DNA from: Geosiphon pyriformis uo1
Lineage: Eukaryota; Fungi; Glomeromycota
Assembly (NCBI GenBank): GCA_016748015.1
Contig: JAAOMT010000575.1
Location: 23,298-87,297 of the forward strand
Length of the DNA stretch: 64,000 nt
Direction: 5' to 3'
In this document: positions 25,993-38,800 of the stretch, in pieces
Layout of the letters: every line of letters begins with the position of its first letter
How positions within the stretch are numbered: position 1 is the first letter of the stretch
Made by a program: the position numbers and the translations under genes
Notes under the pieces: generated by a model
What the model saw: the letters and a program-made list of their open reading frames with translations, nothing else
Databases searched by the model: none
What the model was told of the DNA's origin: nothing

Positions 25993-26631
25993 TTAATATT
26001 GAGCTTCATCAAGATTTTTTAAATCTTCTAACTCTAATTCCCCATCTTTTAGTATTTTTTGAACTTTTTTTTCAAGAATTACTTGTGTTATCTTGTTCTG
26101 TAATTCTTCAAATTGGGCATTAGTTATTTTTCCCATTTGGTTAACAGTAACAATATTCATTTCTGTATTAAGTAATATTTCTGGTTTGTCTTGAAATCTT
26201 ATGTGTAGCTGATAAATGGCTTTTGCTTGTGTGGTTAAATTGTTTTTTTTCATAAATTGTTCTAGTTGTTATAGTATTGTTGTGTCAAATAATTGTTTTG
26301 TTTTATTAGTGTATAAATTTTAGATGTTCAAGTATTGTCCCAAATAGAAATAACAAAAGTTTCTTGAAAATTGTTGTATCTACCAATTCCAAGTTTCTAT
26401 AGTCAACTCTTGATATTAGATGACTTTTGGTTGTGCTTCTATCACTAATTTCACTTTTGTAATTATTTTGTCAACAGTGTTTTCTGTTTTTCTCTGTACT
26501 TTATTCCATGGTCTTTTTCTGGTGTTTGTGTATTTGATAATTTGTTGATTAATTGTGATCTTCATTTCTTGTTGTTAGATCAATTGAAAAAGTTGTTGTG
26601 TTAGCAAGTGAATGCTATTGGTGATTTCCAT
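25993..26631 (-). pseudogene. Extra ORF3 (~212 codons) between integrase and PPT, unknown function
   Basis: ATG at 26631 is in frame with track ORF 25993..26253; five internal TAA/TAG stops, each one C>T change from a Gln codon; separate from the pol stop near 26692. Confidence 0.65.
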
Positions 26632-26691
26632 TTTTTTGAAGTCTTTTATTACGTCTACCATGTCTTTATATCCTCTTTTATTGTTTAATTT

Positions 26692-27900
26692 TATGTGTTT
26701 GGTTCAATAATTATGATTGGTTCCATATTGTATGAAATCTTATCTGGTTAGATTAGTATTTGTTATACTCCCAGTTGTGAAATATTATTGGTAGATGATG
26801 ATATTATATAATAATATAGTTTCAGTTAATTACTATGTGCTGTTTTGGCAAAGATTTTGTTGTCCTATCTTAATTTATAAGCTCTATTTTCTAGAATTTT
26901 TTCTATGTGAAATAATTCATCTTATTTGGAGTCAAATTTTCTACTCTATTGTTTTTCCACTTTGGTACAATATAAAAGTACTTTGTCTCCAATCTTGAAT
27001 TCAACTGGTTTATCTGGTAGTTGGTTATCATGTCATTTTTTTTGTTTTTTTTGTGACTTTTGGATATTATCAGTTACTCTTTGCCATTTGTTTTCTAGTG
27101 TTTCTATTAAGTCATATGTTTTTCTTAGTAATGTTTTTTGAAAATTGTTTTCTGTCATTGGTTCTGTTGGATATGTATTGACTTCTATCTCAACTGGTAG
27201 TATTGCTGTTCTATCATATACTATTTTAAATGGTGTTGTTTGTATAGTGTTTTGCTTTATTGTCTGATAAGCAAATAATATTGATAGTATGAACAAATCC
27301 CATTTGTTTTGGTTTTCTTGGCTGATTTTGGCAATTGCTTCACACAATGTTCTGTTGAATCTTTTAACCAAATCATTTGTTTGTGGATAATATAGTGATG
27401 ATAATGGTTTTTTGATTCCAAATCTTTGACTTAATTCCACTAATGTTCTGTTCACAAAATGAATTTCTTAATCTGATAGTAATTTTTTTGAACATTTATG
27501 TCAATAAATTAAATCTTGATAAATGAATTCAGCAATGAATTCTGCATCTGCTCTTTGAATAGCTTTTATTTCTGGCCATTTAGTGAGATAATCTATGGCT
27601 ACTGCAATATATCTGTTGTTTTTGCTAGTGATTGTTAATGGTTTAATTAAGTTAATTCTAATATAATCAAATAATTGTCTCATTTTAATTAGTCTCAATG
27701 TTTAACTGGGTTTTGTTTCTTCTCTTCTCTGACAAGCATCACAATTTTGAACATATTAGATGATATCTAGATATATTAATAACCAATAGTATCTTTTTCT
27801 GATTTTTTTCATAGTTGCTTCTTTATAAAAATGTTCTGCTATTGGATTCGAATGCATATTAAATAATATTGTCTCTTTCTTTGGTTCTGTAATTACTCTG
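26692..27900 (-). pseudogene. Gypsy integrase relic
   Basis: HHCC zinc region (H..H..CDAC), FDYIRINLI, YIAVAIDYLTKWPE, YYPQTNDLVKRFNRTL, TPFKIVYDR. Confidence 0.92.
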
Positions 27901-28128
27901 GTTGGTTAATCTGAATTCTTTCTATTTTTCTAATAAAATATATTTTGGTAAGTAATAAAATATTTGGATTGTTGTTTGATATGGTTTCGTTTTTTTGAAA
28001 ATAATTTTTTCTTAAACTGCTGATTATTTATATAGTACTAGAGTTGTTAATATTTTTGTGTATTCATTTTTTGTTATATTTTTGTTTTCGACTGTTTAGA
28101 TTTGTTATATTTTTGTGTTGAAATGTTC

Positions 28129-29420
28129 TTAGATTTGTTTTATTCTTAATAAACTATTAGCATTTCTATTTTTTTTTCCTTTTTTGTAATATACTGTATA
28201 ATTAAATGGTAAAAGTTTTATTTTCCATTTGGCATAATAATTATCTTCAAATTCTTGTTTCTGAATTGAAGTCAATTCTTTATGATTAATATATACATCA
28301 AACTTTTGACTCAAATATTTTTTCCATTTGGTAATAGCCCAATAGATAGCTAAGTGTTTTAACACTGGAGTTTCATAGTTTTTTTCAGCTGGACTTAAGC
28401 TTTTGCTGGCATATACTACTAGATGTTTTTGTTCATCCAGTCCTTTCTGAAATAATACTGCTTCTAATACTTGATCTGATACATCTGTTGTAATTATAAA
28501 TGGCTTATTATGATCTGGATAGATCAATACTAGAGCTTGAATAAGCTTTCTTTTTAATGTGTCAAAAGCTTCTTGCTGTATTTTTGTTCATTCATATTTA
28601 GTGTTTTTTGTTTAGAACTAGTGTAATGACTGTGCTATTTTGGAAAAGTCTTTGATAAAACAGCAATAGCAACCTATAAATTCCAAGAATACTCATAATT
28701 CAGTCAAGTTGATAAGTACTAGAAAGTTTTTAACTATTTTAATTTTGTCTGAATCTGTCTTGATTCTATCTTTGTTTATAATATGTTCCAAAAACTTGAG
28801 TTTTATTTTTCCAAAAAAACACTTAATTGTATTTAATTTTAATTTGGCCCTTCTTAGTCTTTCAAATACTTGTTGAAGATAGTGCAAATGATTATCAAAT
28901 GTCTTGGAAAACACGTTGGTATTGTATAGATATATGACTACTAATTTCTATAGCAGTCTAGTATAAACAATTTCCATAAGTTGTTGAAATGTGGCAGGAG
29001 CATTCATCAATCCAAATGGCATAACCTCAAATTCAAAATTTTCTTCTTATGTTGTAAAAGCCATTTTTTCTTTATCTTCTGGTTTCATGACTACTTGCCA
29101 GTAACCACTGTTTAAGTCTAAAATTGAGAACCATTTTTTTCCTTCAAAAGCATTGAAAAGTTCTTGAATTTTTGGAGTTGGATAGGTATCTCTTTTTGGT
29201 ACTCCATTAAGTTTTCAGTAGTCTACACAAAAGCATATTTTCCTATTTTTTTTATGGACTAGTACTACTAGTGACAATCATGGACTTATTAATGGTTGAA
29301 TTAACCCATTGTCTAGCATCTGATTAATTTTTTAATGAATAATCTTATGGCTGGCTGGTAATACTTGGTATGCTCTTTGTTTGATTGGTATTGCATCTTC
29401 AGTTTTGATCTAGTGCTAGA
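28129..29420 (-). pseudogene. Gypsy reverse transcriptase plus RNase H relic
   Basis: CVDY*KLN, DLNSGYWQV, MPFGLMNAPATFQ, degenerate YLDD (YLYN), HLHYLQQVFERLR; RNase H FIITTDVSD, VYASKSLSPAEKNY. Confidence 0.93.
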
Positions 29421-29949
29421 TTATATTAGTTTTGCCAAATTTATTTTCACTTGTAAAAATGTCAGTGAAATTGTTAAATAATATTTTGAGTTGCATAAGT
29501 TGGAGTGAGTCTAAGTTTCTTAGATTCATTTTTTCTAATTGTTTTGGTTAGAGCAGATAACATTCTTCTTGTCTGTATATTGTTTGTGATGTGATATTGA
29601 CATATCTACACAGTTGTAGAAAATTTAGAATGGTATTTGATGGTTGTTTTTCAACTTTAATACTTAAATATTTGATAATAATTCTGTTTAGTATCTTAAT
29701 GACATTTCTCATGTTGTTATAAATGAGAATTTTAATGTGACTGTGGTTTTTGGCTGGTATGTGTAGATTGACTAATCCAATCTTTTCTGATTTATAAAGT
29801 GTTGCTTCTGCTTCAAAAATCTGAATCTGATCCTTTACTTTTCTCTCTATGGCTATCATGTACTGATCATATAGTGGAATAGAAATTGATTAGTGGATAG
29901 AGATAATTTCTTTCTTGTCAACAATCTCTTTTTTAGCAATATTAACTAG

Positions 29950-30370
29950 TACATCTATTCTACCCATAAATCTGAATCTCTGTATCCCTCTAGCTGTAAT
30001 CCTTAATTTCTTCTTGTTTTTTACTGATACTAATTGAGCTATTTTAACCAGAGACAAGAATATTGCCTGTGCTATCTTTTTGTTTGGTTCTATAACATAG
30101 GTCTTTTCTGAATCATTTTGGAGCATTGCAATAATATTTCTTATATATTCTGTGTTAATTATTCCTCCTCTGATATTGATTTCTTTTTTTGCTAAATTGC
30201 TTCTAGATGTCAATTGAACCATTGTTGTTGTTAGAATTTCCAGAGCTATTTTGAGATCAATACAAGTGCATAAATATGGTTTTAATTTGATGGCATCTTT
30301 TCTGAGATATTTTAGATCAAATTTTGCATTGGTATTATATGTACATTCTGGCATAATACCTTCATCATTG
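29950..30370 (-). pseudogene. dut: Retroelement-encoded dUTPase domain
   Basis: Five dUTPase motifs recognisable through G>A decay: AKFDL (AGFDL), SRSNLAKK (RSGLA), GGIINTEYIRNI (GVIDxDYRGEI), KIAQAI, RGIQRFRFMG (RGxxGFGSTG). Confidence 0.88.
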
Positions 30371-31599
30371 TTACTGAACCATCTCAGTTTCTGCTTTTTG
30401 GTAAGATCAAGGAGTGCAATATATTGTTCAGGATTTGAATTTGAGTTTAAATTGTCATCATTGCTATTGCCAATTTGAACAGAGCTAAAACCATTGTTAT
30501 TGTTATCATTATTGTTGGAGTTTGAATCAGAATTGAGCAGTAATTCTAATTCTGATACACAGCTGTTAATTGGTTCATCTTCCTTTGGAATTGTGTAGAT
30601 CATGTGTGGTGATAGATTTTAGATAAGATCACTCTTATTACAATATTGGAAGTTATATGGAATTAAACAATGATTACATAGTTGGGTGTTTAGTTGTTTT
30701 AAACATTGTTTCTATTCTTCTCTTGTGGGTGTTAAATTCTAATAGTGCTTGTGAAACTCTTTTGGGTCTGTTTCTATGTAAAAAAAAGCATTTGAATTTG
30801 GAATAAAGACAATATTAACTGGTTCTGGAGAATTATTTTTAATTTTCAAGATTTTGCTGGGTGTGGTTTTTTCGACTTTGGTATTTACCATTCACCAGAT
30901 CTTGTTTTTGTCATGTGAGTAACCATCCAAACAAGAGATCACTCAGTGTTATGCAGCAGTAATAGGTGTGCCACAACTAACTCAGTCACTTATGAGGATT
31001 GTGTACTGGCATGAAGCATTGCACATTTCTCCTCAACCAGAAATGTTGTTACATATTTCTTCATTGAGCAACTATTTTCTACAAATGAGACATGGTTTGT
31101 TGTCTCATTTGTCTTGTTATTTTGGGTAGTCATACCATTCTCTGTGGCATGGCTTATAGTAGTAGTGGGTTTGCATCCAGTAATCTTTGTCAGGTGCAAT
31201 CTAAGCTTCCATGGAAGAAAGTTTTTTGTGACAATCTTGGTATTTGAGTAGAATATATGGTGGTTGCTTCAGTGGCTTGTGTAAGTAGGATCTTTCCGAG
31301 CCACTAGTTATTTTTTCTATGGTGGTGTTTTCTTTTTTTTCTTTTCTTTTGTTGTTCCAAAAAAGTATTGGTAATAACTTGTTGTGTTTGGTGTTGGCCC
31401 AGAAAATTTGAAAGGCTTCTCAAGTAGGTTTTTTTTCTCTTTCTTCCAATTTGATGAGTGGATTGTTGTCAGTAGTAGTCTTGAAATGACCACAAGTGGC
31501 TGGCACACATGTGTAGTGGCCGTTTTGGCTAAACTACAGTTTTTGGGTATTTCAATTAAGCATGGTGTTGGTTTTAAACAGCCAGTTGTTCCCAATAAG

Positions 31600-31860
31600 A
31601 GCTTGGTACTGAGTTGCTTCCATTACCAATACTTTAATTGATATTATGAGGCCATTAACTTCGAATAAAAAGTCATTTATTTTACCAATTGGGGTCTTTG
31701 TTGCCCTATTGACTATAATTATTCATGCACTGGTGGTGTGATCAACTTGGTAACCTAATTGATTCATAAATTGTTGGGTAATAATACTGTCAGCTGATCT
31801 ACTGTCTAAGATTAGTTTAATGTGCTGCCCATCAACTCTAGGATCTGTATACATTGCAGT
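31600..31860 (-). pseudogene. Retroviral-type aspartic protease relic
   Basis: KLILDSRSADSIITQQFM (LxDSGS), GATKTPIGKI. Confidence 0.8.
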
Positions 31861-32377
31861 AATGAGTTTGATTCTAGGGTGGCTCCACTAAATAGTAGTA
31901 TTTCAACTGGTTTTTCGAGTTCAAAAGAGAAGATGGCAGTAAGTGATTTATCTTCAGTAATGATTGCTGACAGTATATTGTTAATAAGTGGCTGCTTTTG
32001 TTTGACTTCCAAGTTGTTGGATGTGGTATCTTCTGGGGTAACTAGGAGACTTAAATAGTTCTGGAAACTCGGGTTTTGGGTGTATCCAGTTCCTGAACTC
32101 TGCTGGCATGATCCTGATTGTTGGGTGGATGAACTGGAGATCGGTTGATGAACAATTATCACCAATCTTCAGTTTTGTTGAATGAATCTCAGTCTTTGGT
32201 TTCCATGTGACATCAGAGTCAAATTTTGTGGTAATATTTGAATTTTCTATGGTTGATATATTACTTGCAGCTATGGTGGTTGATAAATTACAGGTGTTGC
32301 TGGTTAATATATTGGAGGTGAGTATACTTGCTGTGTTATTGGTGCTTAATACATTGGCTGAGTCATTTGAGCATAAG

Positions 32378-32434
32378 GTGATTGATGTTGGTAATGTCCT
32401 TGTGATTGATGTTGGTAATGTCCTTGTGATTGAT
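32378..32434. repeat. 24-bp tandem duplication in the gag-PR linker
   Basis: gtgattgatgttggtaatgtcctt twice plus a partial third copy. Confidence 0.92.
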
Positions 32435-32509
32435 TATTAACATGATTCTAAGTTTGGAATCAGTGATTAAAGTTTTGATACTGATTACTTGATCATTGAT
32501 TACTTAACT

Positions 32510-35163
32510 GTTTGTAACATTTAAATTGCAAATGTTTTTGTTTACCACAATAGTAGCACACATGTGTTTCCTGCTGCCACTATTGATTGGTTAAAGATAA
32601 TGGATGTGATTGATTTTAAAACCAATTCGCATTTCCCTAATTATTTTGTCATTGTGAAAGTTGATAAATGGCTTGATTGTTAGCTAAGTATTCCTCTAAT
32701 TTCTGATTGATTGAGTCACTGAATTGCTTTAGCTTGGAATCTAAGTCAGATGATCTATTCATTACTAGATTTACAGCTTGGGCATGATTGGCTTCAATCT
32801 CAGCTGCTTCAAAATCTTTGATGTAGTTAATAGTGGCTTGAAGATCTACTGGATGCATTGGTTGTACACATTGGAGGATGCTACTGTGCAAGTCTCTAAT
32901 GAATTGGTTTAAAATTTGTAAAGCTGTAAAATAATTGGCTTGGATTGCCTGAATTTGATGCAAATTTCTATGAAAGCATTTTAGGTAGATAGTGACTGCT
33001 TTACTTTCTCCTTGTTTAATAATGGTAAAGATATTTGCTAGACAATTAATACTATTATTGTTGCTAAAATATTGTAGAAATGCAAGCTTGAATGCATTAA
33101 AATTTTGAAGTTTGTTGGCCAAGCTTTAATATCATAAGTTGGTGATATCCTAAAAAAAGTAAGAGATAGCTTGCATGGCTTTGGCATTATTTCATTTATT
33201 GGTTGTGATGGCTTTTTTGACATTATTTAGCCACATTTGAGCATTGTTACAAGTAATTATTTGGGGTCTCAAATCAAATAACAAATCTGTAACTTGGTGT
33301 TTAATTAATATATTAATAATGTTGGTAATCTGAAAATTTTATTAATCTGAAGGCTTTGATTGGAGTTCTTTGTATAATGGATAGAGATTTGGTTATAATG
33401 GTAGTAGTTTCTAAAATTGCAATTCTTGTCCAATTTCTTTCTCAGCTTAGTGGCTGGATTTATTCTGGCAGTTGTGCCCTTCTGGTAAGCTATCTGTTAT
33501 TATATATATAATTTTACTCTTATTTCTGGGTCTTTTACCAGGCTATTTTTGACATTAATAATTTAGCACTTAATCCTTAATCAATTAGTAAACAACAATA
33601 AAATCAAAGAAAAAAAAGAAAAAAAAGAAAATAAAAGAAATTAAAGAAATAAGCCAAGACAATTCACAAGTTAGTATTCCATCAATAGCCATAATTAAAA
33701 ACTATTATTCCAACATAGTTAAGTATCAATTGCTATCAATATGAAGTGTTAATAGTGGAGAGTAGAATTGAAAATAGTGAATAATTATTTATTAATATTT
33801 GTAATTTAGAAGGTTGCTTAAATTAAATCTAAATTGAGAGATCTGTTTTTTCTACTTCTAATACTATCATATATACATAATTGAGATTCCTCAATTCTTT
33901 AATTTTTCACACCAGAAATCCTGGAATTCTTGAAATTCTGCAATTTCTTTTAAGAAAAATCTTGGAATTCTGGAAGCCTGTAATTCCTTATATGAGAATT
34001 CTGAAATTTTTGAATCCTACAATTCCTTTGAGAGGAATCCTAGAATTCTACATTTACTATATCTATCTCTGATTGGCTAATTTATATGCTAATATACTTC
34101 TTATATTTTATGAGTAATACTATTATTTTCTTTGCTGGTAAATTTTTCAATTTTGGCAATTGGTGCATATGCCATTTGTTGTTGTAGCAGTTGTTAAAAT
34201 GGTTGCTGCAATTGTTATTGATGTGGTAATTATGGTTGTTGAATTCTTTCAATTGGTGGCTGATTGATCACATTTATTGGAGGTAAGTTTTGTTGATTAA
34301 TTATGTTGGAGTTTGAATCATTCTAATTTTAGGAAGTTTAAAGATTTGAAGTTTCAATTTCTGGATTTTCTAAAATTGGGTTTTGCTGAGTTTGAACATT
34401 TGGAGTTTCAATTTCTGGGTTTTTGACAATTGGGTTTTGGTAATTGAATTTCTGATTGTTATTTTTTTTTTTCTGATTCTGTTACTTCTCAAGGACTTAC
34501 AATTCCAAAATTTGGTGGAGGTAGTGGTAATCAAAATCTTGATAGTATTGGTAATCATAATTTAAATCTCTCAAAATATTTGCTATAGGTTCCTAATAGA
34601 TCAGTTTTTAATTGTTTATTTTGAAATAGTATTTGTGCTAATAGAGTTTTCATGTTTGATGTGGATACACCTGCTGATAAAATATTGATAGTGCTTCTGG
34701 GTGTATAGTAATATGATAGATTGGTTGGTAATTCAATTCTTGTTTTCTTTCAAGTAGATAATTGTATCCTCTAGGATGTTACTATTGGTGTTTGTAGTTT
34801 TTTTTTACTTTTATTTGCATAGATAATTGGATATCTTTGCTGAATATAGGTTTTAATTTCTTTATTGATTTCAGTAAGGATTGCTGTAAAATTATAATTT
34901 ACTAGTAGGCTGGTATTTTGGATTAATTTATTGTAGAAATTTCCTTTGGCTAAGTCAGTTTCTATTGATACTTCTAACAAATAGAAAATTTTTTTATTGA
35001 TGTAGAAATTGAAAGCTGATTCTGCTAATAGATGGTTGCTGGTTAATTCCAAGTGTTGACAGTAGTGTTGGAATAAAAATTTGGTGATTCCTAGATGGTT
35101 TGTCCTTATTCTTTTTGGTTCTGCCACTTTTGGATGACTGCTGTTGGTATTGGTTCTCTGCAA
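32510..35163 (-). pseudogene. Gypsy gag (retrotrans-gag capsid plus zinc knuckle) with a long upstream ORF0/N-terminal extension; split by a solo LTR
   Basis: MAYAPIAKIEKFTSKEN[LTR]AQMWLNNVKKAI, FNAFKLAFLQYF, IKQGESKAV, ILNQFIRDL, CYYCGKQKHLQFKC; upstream ORF 34771..35163. Confidence 0.85.
33245..34119 (-). mobile_element. Solo LTR of the same family nested inside gag
   Basis: Full LTR homologue (tgttaca...gtaata) with neither PBS nor PPT flanks; the gag peptide continues on either side. Confidence 0.88.
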
Positions 35164-35171
35164 AATTATAT

Positions 35172-35187
35172 CTTACAGGGAGCACCA
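35172..35187 (-). promoter_or_regulatory. Primer binding site
   Basis: Minus strand reads ...gtaaca TT TGGTGCTCCCTGTAAG: TGG complementary to tRNA CCA, 2 nt after the LTR. Confidence 0.85.
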
Positions 35188-35189
35188 AA

Positions 35190-35740
35190 TGTTACAAATG
35201 ATTATTTAGGGTCTTAAATCAAATAACAAACCCGTAATTTGATGCTTAATAACTTGAATAATAATGTTGATTTGTAAAGATTGATTATTTAAAGGTTTGT
35301 GGTTGAGTTTTTTGTATAATAAACAGAGATTCAATAGCATTTCAGTAGTTTCTTGGAATTACAATTCTATCAAATTTTTTTCTCAGCATGGTGGCCAGTA
35401 ATCTGGCAAAGATGCCCTTTTGGTAAGCTATCTTTAAATTCTTAATTCTATACCCTTCTTTTGAGGTCTTTTACTAGGCTATTCTTGACATCAATAATTT
35501 AATGCTTAATCTTCAATTAATTAATAAATACAAAAAAATAAAAAAGATAATGAAAAGATAATGAAAATAAGCCAAGGTAATTGCAAATTAGTATTCCATC
35601 AATAGTTGTGATCAAGAGTTATTGTTCTAGTGTGATTAAGTATCAGTTACTATCAACACTTCATATTAATAGTAAAAAATAGATTGTGATAGTGAATAAT
35701 TATTTATTGATATTTGTGAATAGAAAGATTGTTTAGATAG
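35190..35740 (-). repeat. 5' LTR of the Gypsy element, outer part missing
   Basis: Homology to the other LTRs stops near 35740, just before a LINE tail. Confidence 0.85.
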
Positions 35741-35814
35741 TATGTCTTTTATTATTAATAATTATAGTAATTTGTTTTTTTATAATTAAAATAGTATTTA
35801 AATAATTTTTGGTT

Positions 35815-35816
35815 TA

Positions 35817-35851
<35 letters not shown>

Positions 35852-38800
35852 ATACAGCATAATTATTATTTAGTATACAAAAACAAACTAATTAAATTCA
35901 ACTAAATATAGCTCATATATTTATTATATATACTTATATAAATCTCTGCACTATTATTTATACTTAAAAAAAAAATATGCCTATATAAATCAAAATTAAT
36001 TGTAAAAAACTTAATAAAACCAATTAAATAAATTATTTTAGTTAACAAAAAACCAAATTGGTCACAAAAGTCATCAAATGAGATTTTTTTATTATTAACT
36101 GGACCACTTTTTTCTATATTTACTTTAAACTTTAATATAAACAACTATAACATATTATAATGCTTTTTGGCTAAATAACAAATAAAATTAACCACTATTA
36201 ACATAGTTTTTTTATTATTATTAAAGACCATCACAGCTTTATTAATATTATTTTTGAAAACAAAATCTTTACACAAGATTGTATACAATTCAACATCAAA
36301 AATATCCAAAAAAAAAGCATATAACACCAGTAAAAACAATAAAAAACAGATTATTAATAAAGATTTTTACAATTTTATATAATTACATAAGATGTTTAAA
36401 CATATAAAAACATTCTTTGAACATATAAAAACATGCTTCAACAATTTAATATTATCATATGTTAAACATAAAACACTTAAGTAATTTTTATTATAAAGCT
36501 TTTTTTTAATTATAACTGGCAGTTTTCTATAAATCATCTTTATCAAAAATGTACAAAAAAAATGAAAATCCAAATTCCAAATTATAGCAGTGCAATCTCA
36601 ATCTATGTTTTAGATAAATAAGTTATCTAAAACATTAGCATTAGAACTTGTTTTCTATTAAACACAATAAATAATCTGAAAAACATTATAAATAAAATAA
36701 TAAACATTGTTTAAAACAATCAAATTATTAGCCACAATAAATTTTTTTCGAATTTTCACAGAAAAAACCAAATAAAACTGTGCTATATTACATACAAGAG
36801 CATTTGTTTAGTTTTTTCAGTATTTTTTAAATGGTTTTTGACTTTCATCTACTTTACTGTAATGTTTTTAAACTTAATCAAATTAATTATATAGTATTTT
36901 TTACCCAAAACTTATTTTTGTAATTTAGCTATAAAGCTAAAATTCCAAAATACATATATTTATAACTATATAGCAGTTTATATACAAAACTATTAAGCAA
37001 AAAAAAGAACACACTCTAAAACCAAAGCAATCATCTGTAATTTTAACATTATAAAAACAGCAACTCATATATTTTAACATTCATACCTATTTTAATTTTT
37101 GAAAAATAAATAGCTATTTTATTAACTATCTTTATAATATCTAAATTTTTTAATAAACTATTAGTATAAACATTTATTACTCCTGTTTACAACTTATATA
37201 AGCATTTCCAAATATCTATAAAGTCTATTAAATTGAAAAAATCTGAATAGTCAAAGCTAAAGACAATTTTATTAGCATTAACAAAAAAATTACTTATGTA
37301 TATTAACATTTTTTCAAACTATACTGGCATTAAATCTCTAGAACTCAATTTTTTCTAATAATAAAAAGTTTTTCAATTCATAATTAATCTATGTTTATTT
37401 AATAATTTGTTTTTAAAAACAATATTAAAATATTTTAAAGAATTAACTATCTCAAAATAATAGAAATTACCCAAAATTTTGAACATTAAATAATAACCAA
37501 AACTATAGAATACACTAGACAAATTATTGACTATAGAGATTTTGGTATTTAAAAAAATTTTTACCATATTTACCAAGAAATTATTCACAAAACTGACTTT
37601 TAATTTAATTAAATACTATAATAGATTTATAGATATTTAATCTAAAATCTGTAAATTCAAAAACCAATACTTAAGCAACCAGCCAACATTTTTTAAAATA
37701 TTAGCAAAATTAATGCTAAAATTAACTTTATTTTTATTTGTTTTTATTTAAAAAATTTCAATCTGTACAGAAATAGATAATACATTGTTTTATTAAAAAA
37801 ATTTTTAACAAATTAGTTTTAAATCTGAGTTTTTTTTTATTATAACATTTAATTTTTAATATACTTTCTTAGACACAAAATTAAACTGTATACAATAACC
37901 AATTATGGGCTGCAAAACTACTAAAACCAAATATAAAAACTATTTGTTTAATAATGTTTTTTTAAGAACCAAATTTGAAAAATATTTAACATCTGAATAT
38001 ATTTTAATAAGACTTAACTTTAATATATTCTTAATTAACAAAAAAAATTCTTAAATATCTATGAGATTTGTTACACTAAGTAATAAAAATTAATAAACTA
38101 CTAATATGTAAAAAAACACTTGGAATTCTCTGGTTAATAGAAATAATCACTGTTTTATTATTATTAATAGAAATATTATTAATCTTAAAAAATTTACTAA
38201 CAATATCTAAAATATACTGAGTTAAAATTTGGTTATTATTAATCTAAATTGTGTTATTAACAAAAGTACCAGCTATAAAAAATAAAAATTTTTTTTACTA
38301 ATCTCTATTTTGTTCATTTTTGTCATAAAATTTTTATTAATCTTATATCTATACAAGTGTTCTTGTCTTTTTACTTTACACAAAAAAAATTATAAAAAAT
38401 TTTCCACAAAAGTAGTAAGAAAACTTTACTTTAATTCAGCCCATTATGTATTTTATAGCCATCTAAAAGACCAAAATCAGTTATCATTCTGTTGATTCTG
38501 TTTATGTGTATATTTCTAAAGAAATTAACAAATTTGTTACAAATTTTGACATGCTTTAAACTAGCTTTTAAGTAATATTATCTAACTGAATTATATGTCT
38601 TACACATATTCTGCAAAATCAACCAAAACTTTTAGCTCTTTTCTAAAGCATTTTTTACAATTAAACCAACAGCAAACACAAAAAACTGAGTTATAGTACT
38701 TTTTAAAACCAAAAAATTATTATTACAAAAAACATTAAACTTACTATTTATAAAATTTAGAGATTATTAAAACTTATGCCTTTTTCCAAAGAACCAAAAT

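Larger units (their letters stand above)
25216..35740 (-). mobile_element. Ty3/Gypsy LTR retrotransposon (decayed): 5'LTR-PBS-ORF0/gag-PR-Cys domain-dUTPase-RT-RH-IN-ORF3-PPT-3'LTR
   Basis: Domain order PR-RT-RH-IN; homologous LTRs at both ends; PBS TGGTGCTCCCTGT next to the 5' LTR; purine tract AAAAGAAGAGAATAA before the 3' LTR. Confidence 0.93.

Noticed and set aside
33900-34060. Interspersed short repeats (gaattctg/gaatcct) resembling a CRISPR-like array
   Set aside because: Irregular degenerate units without unique spacers, inside an LTR in a eukaryotic context.
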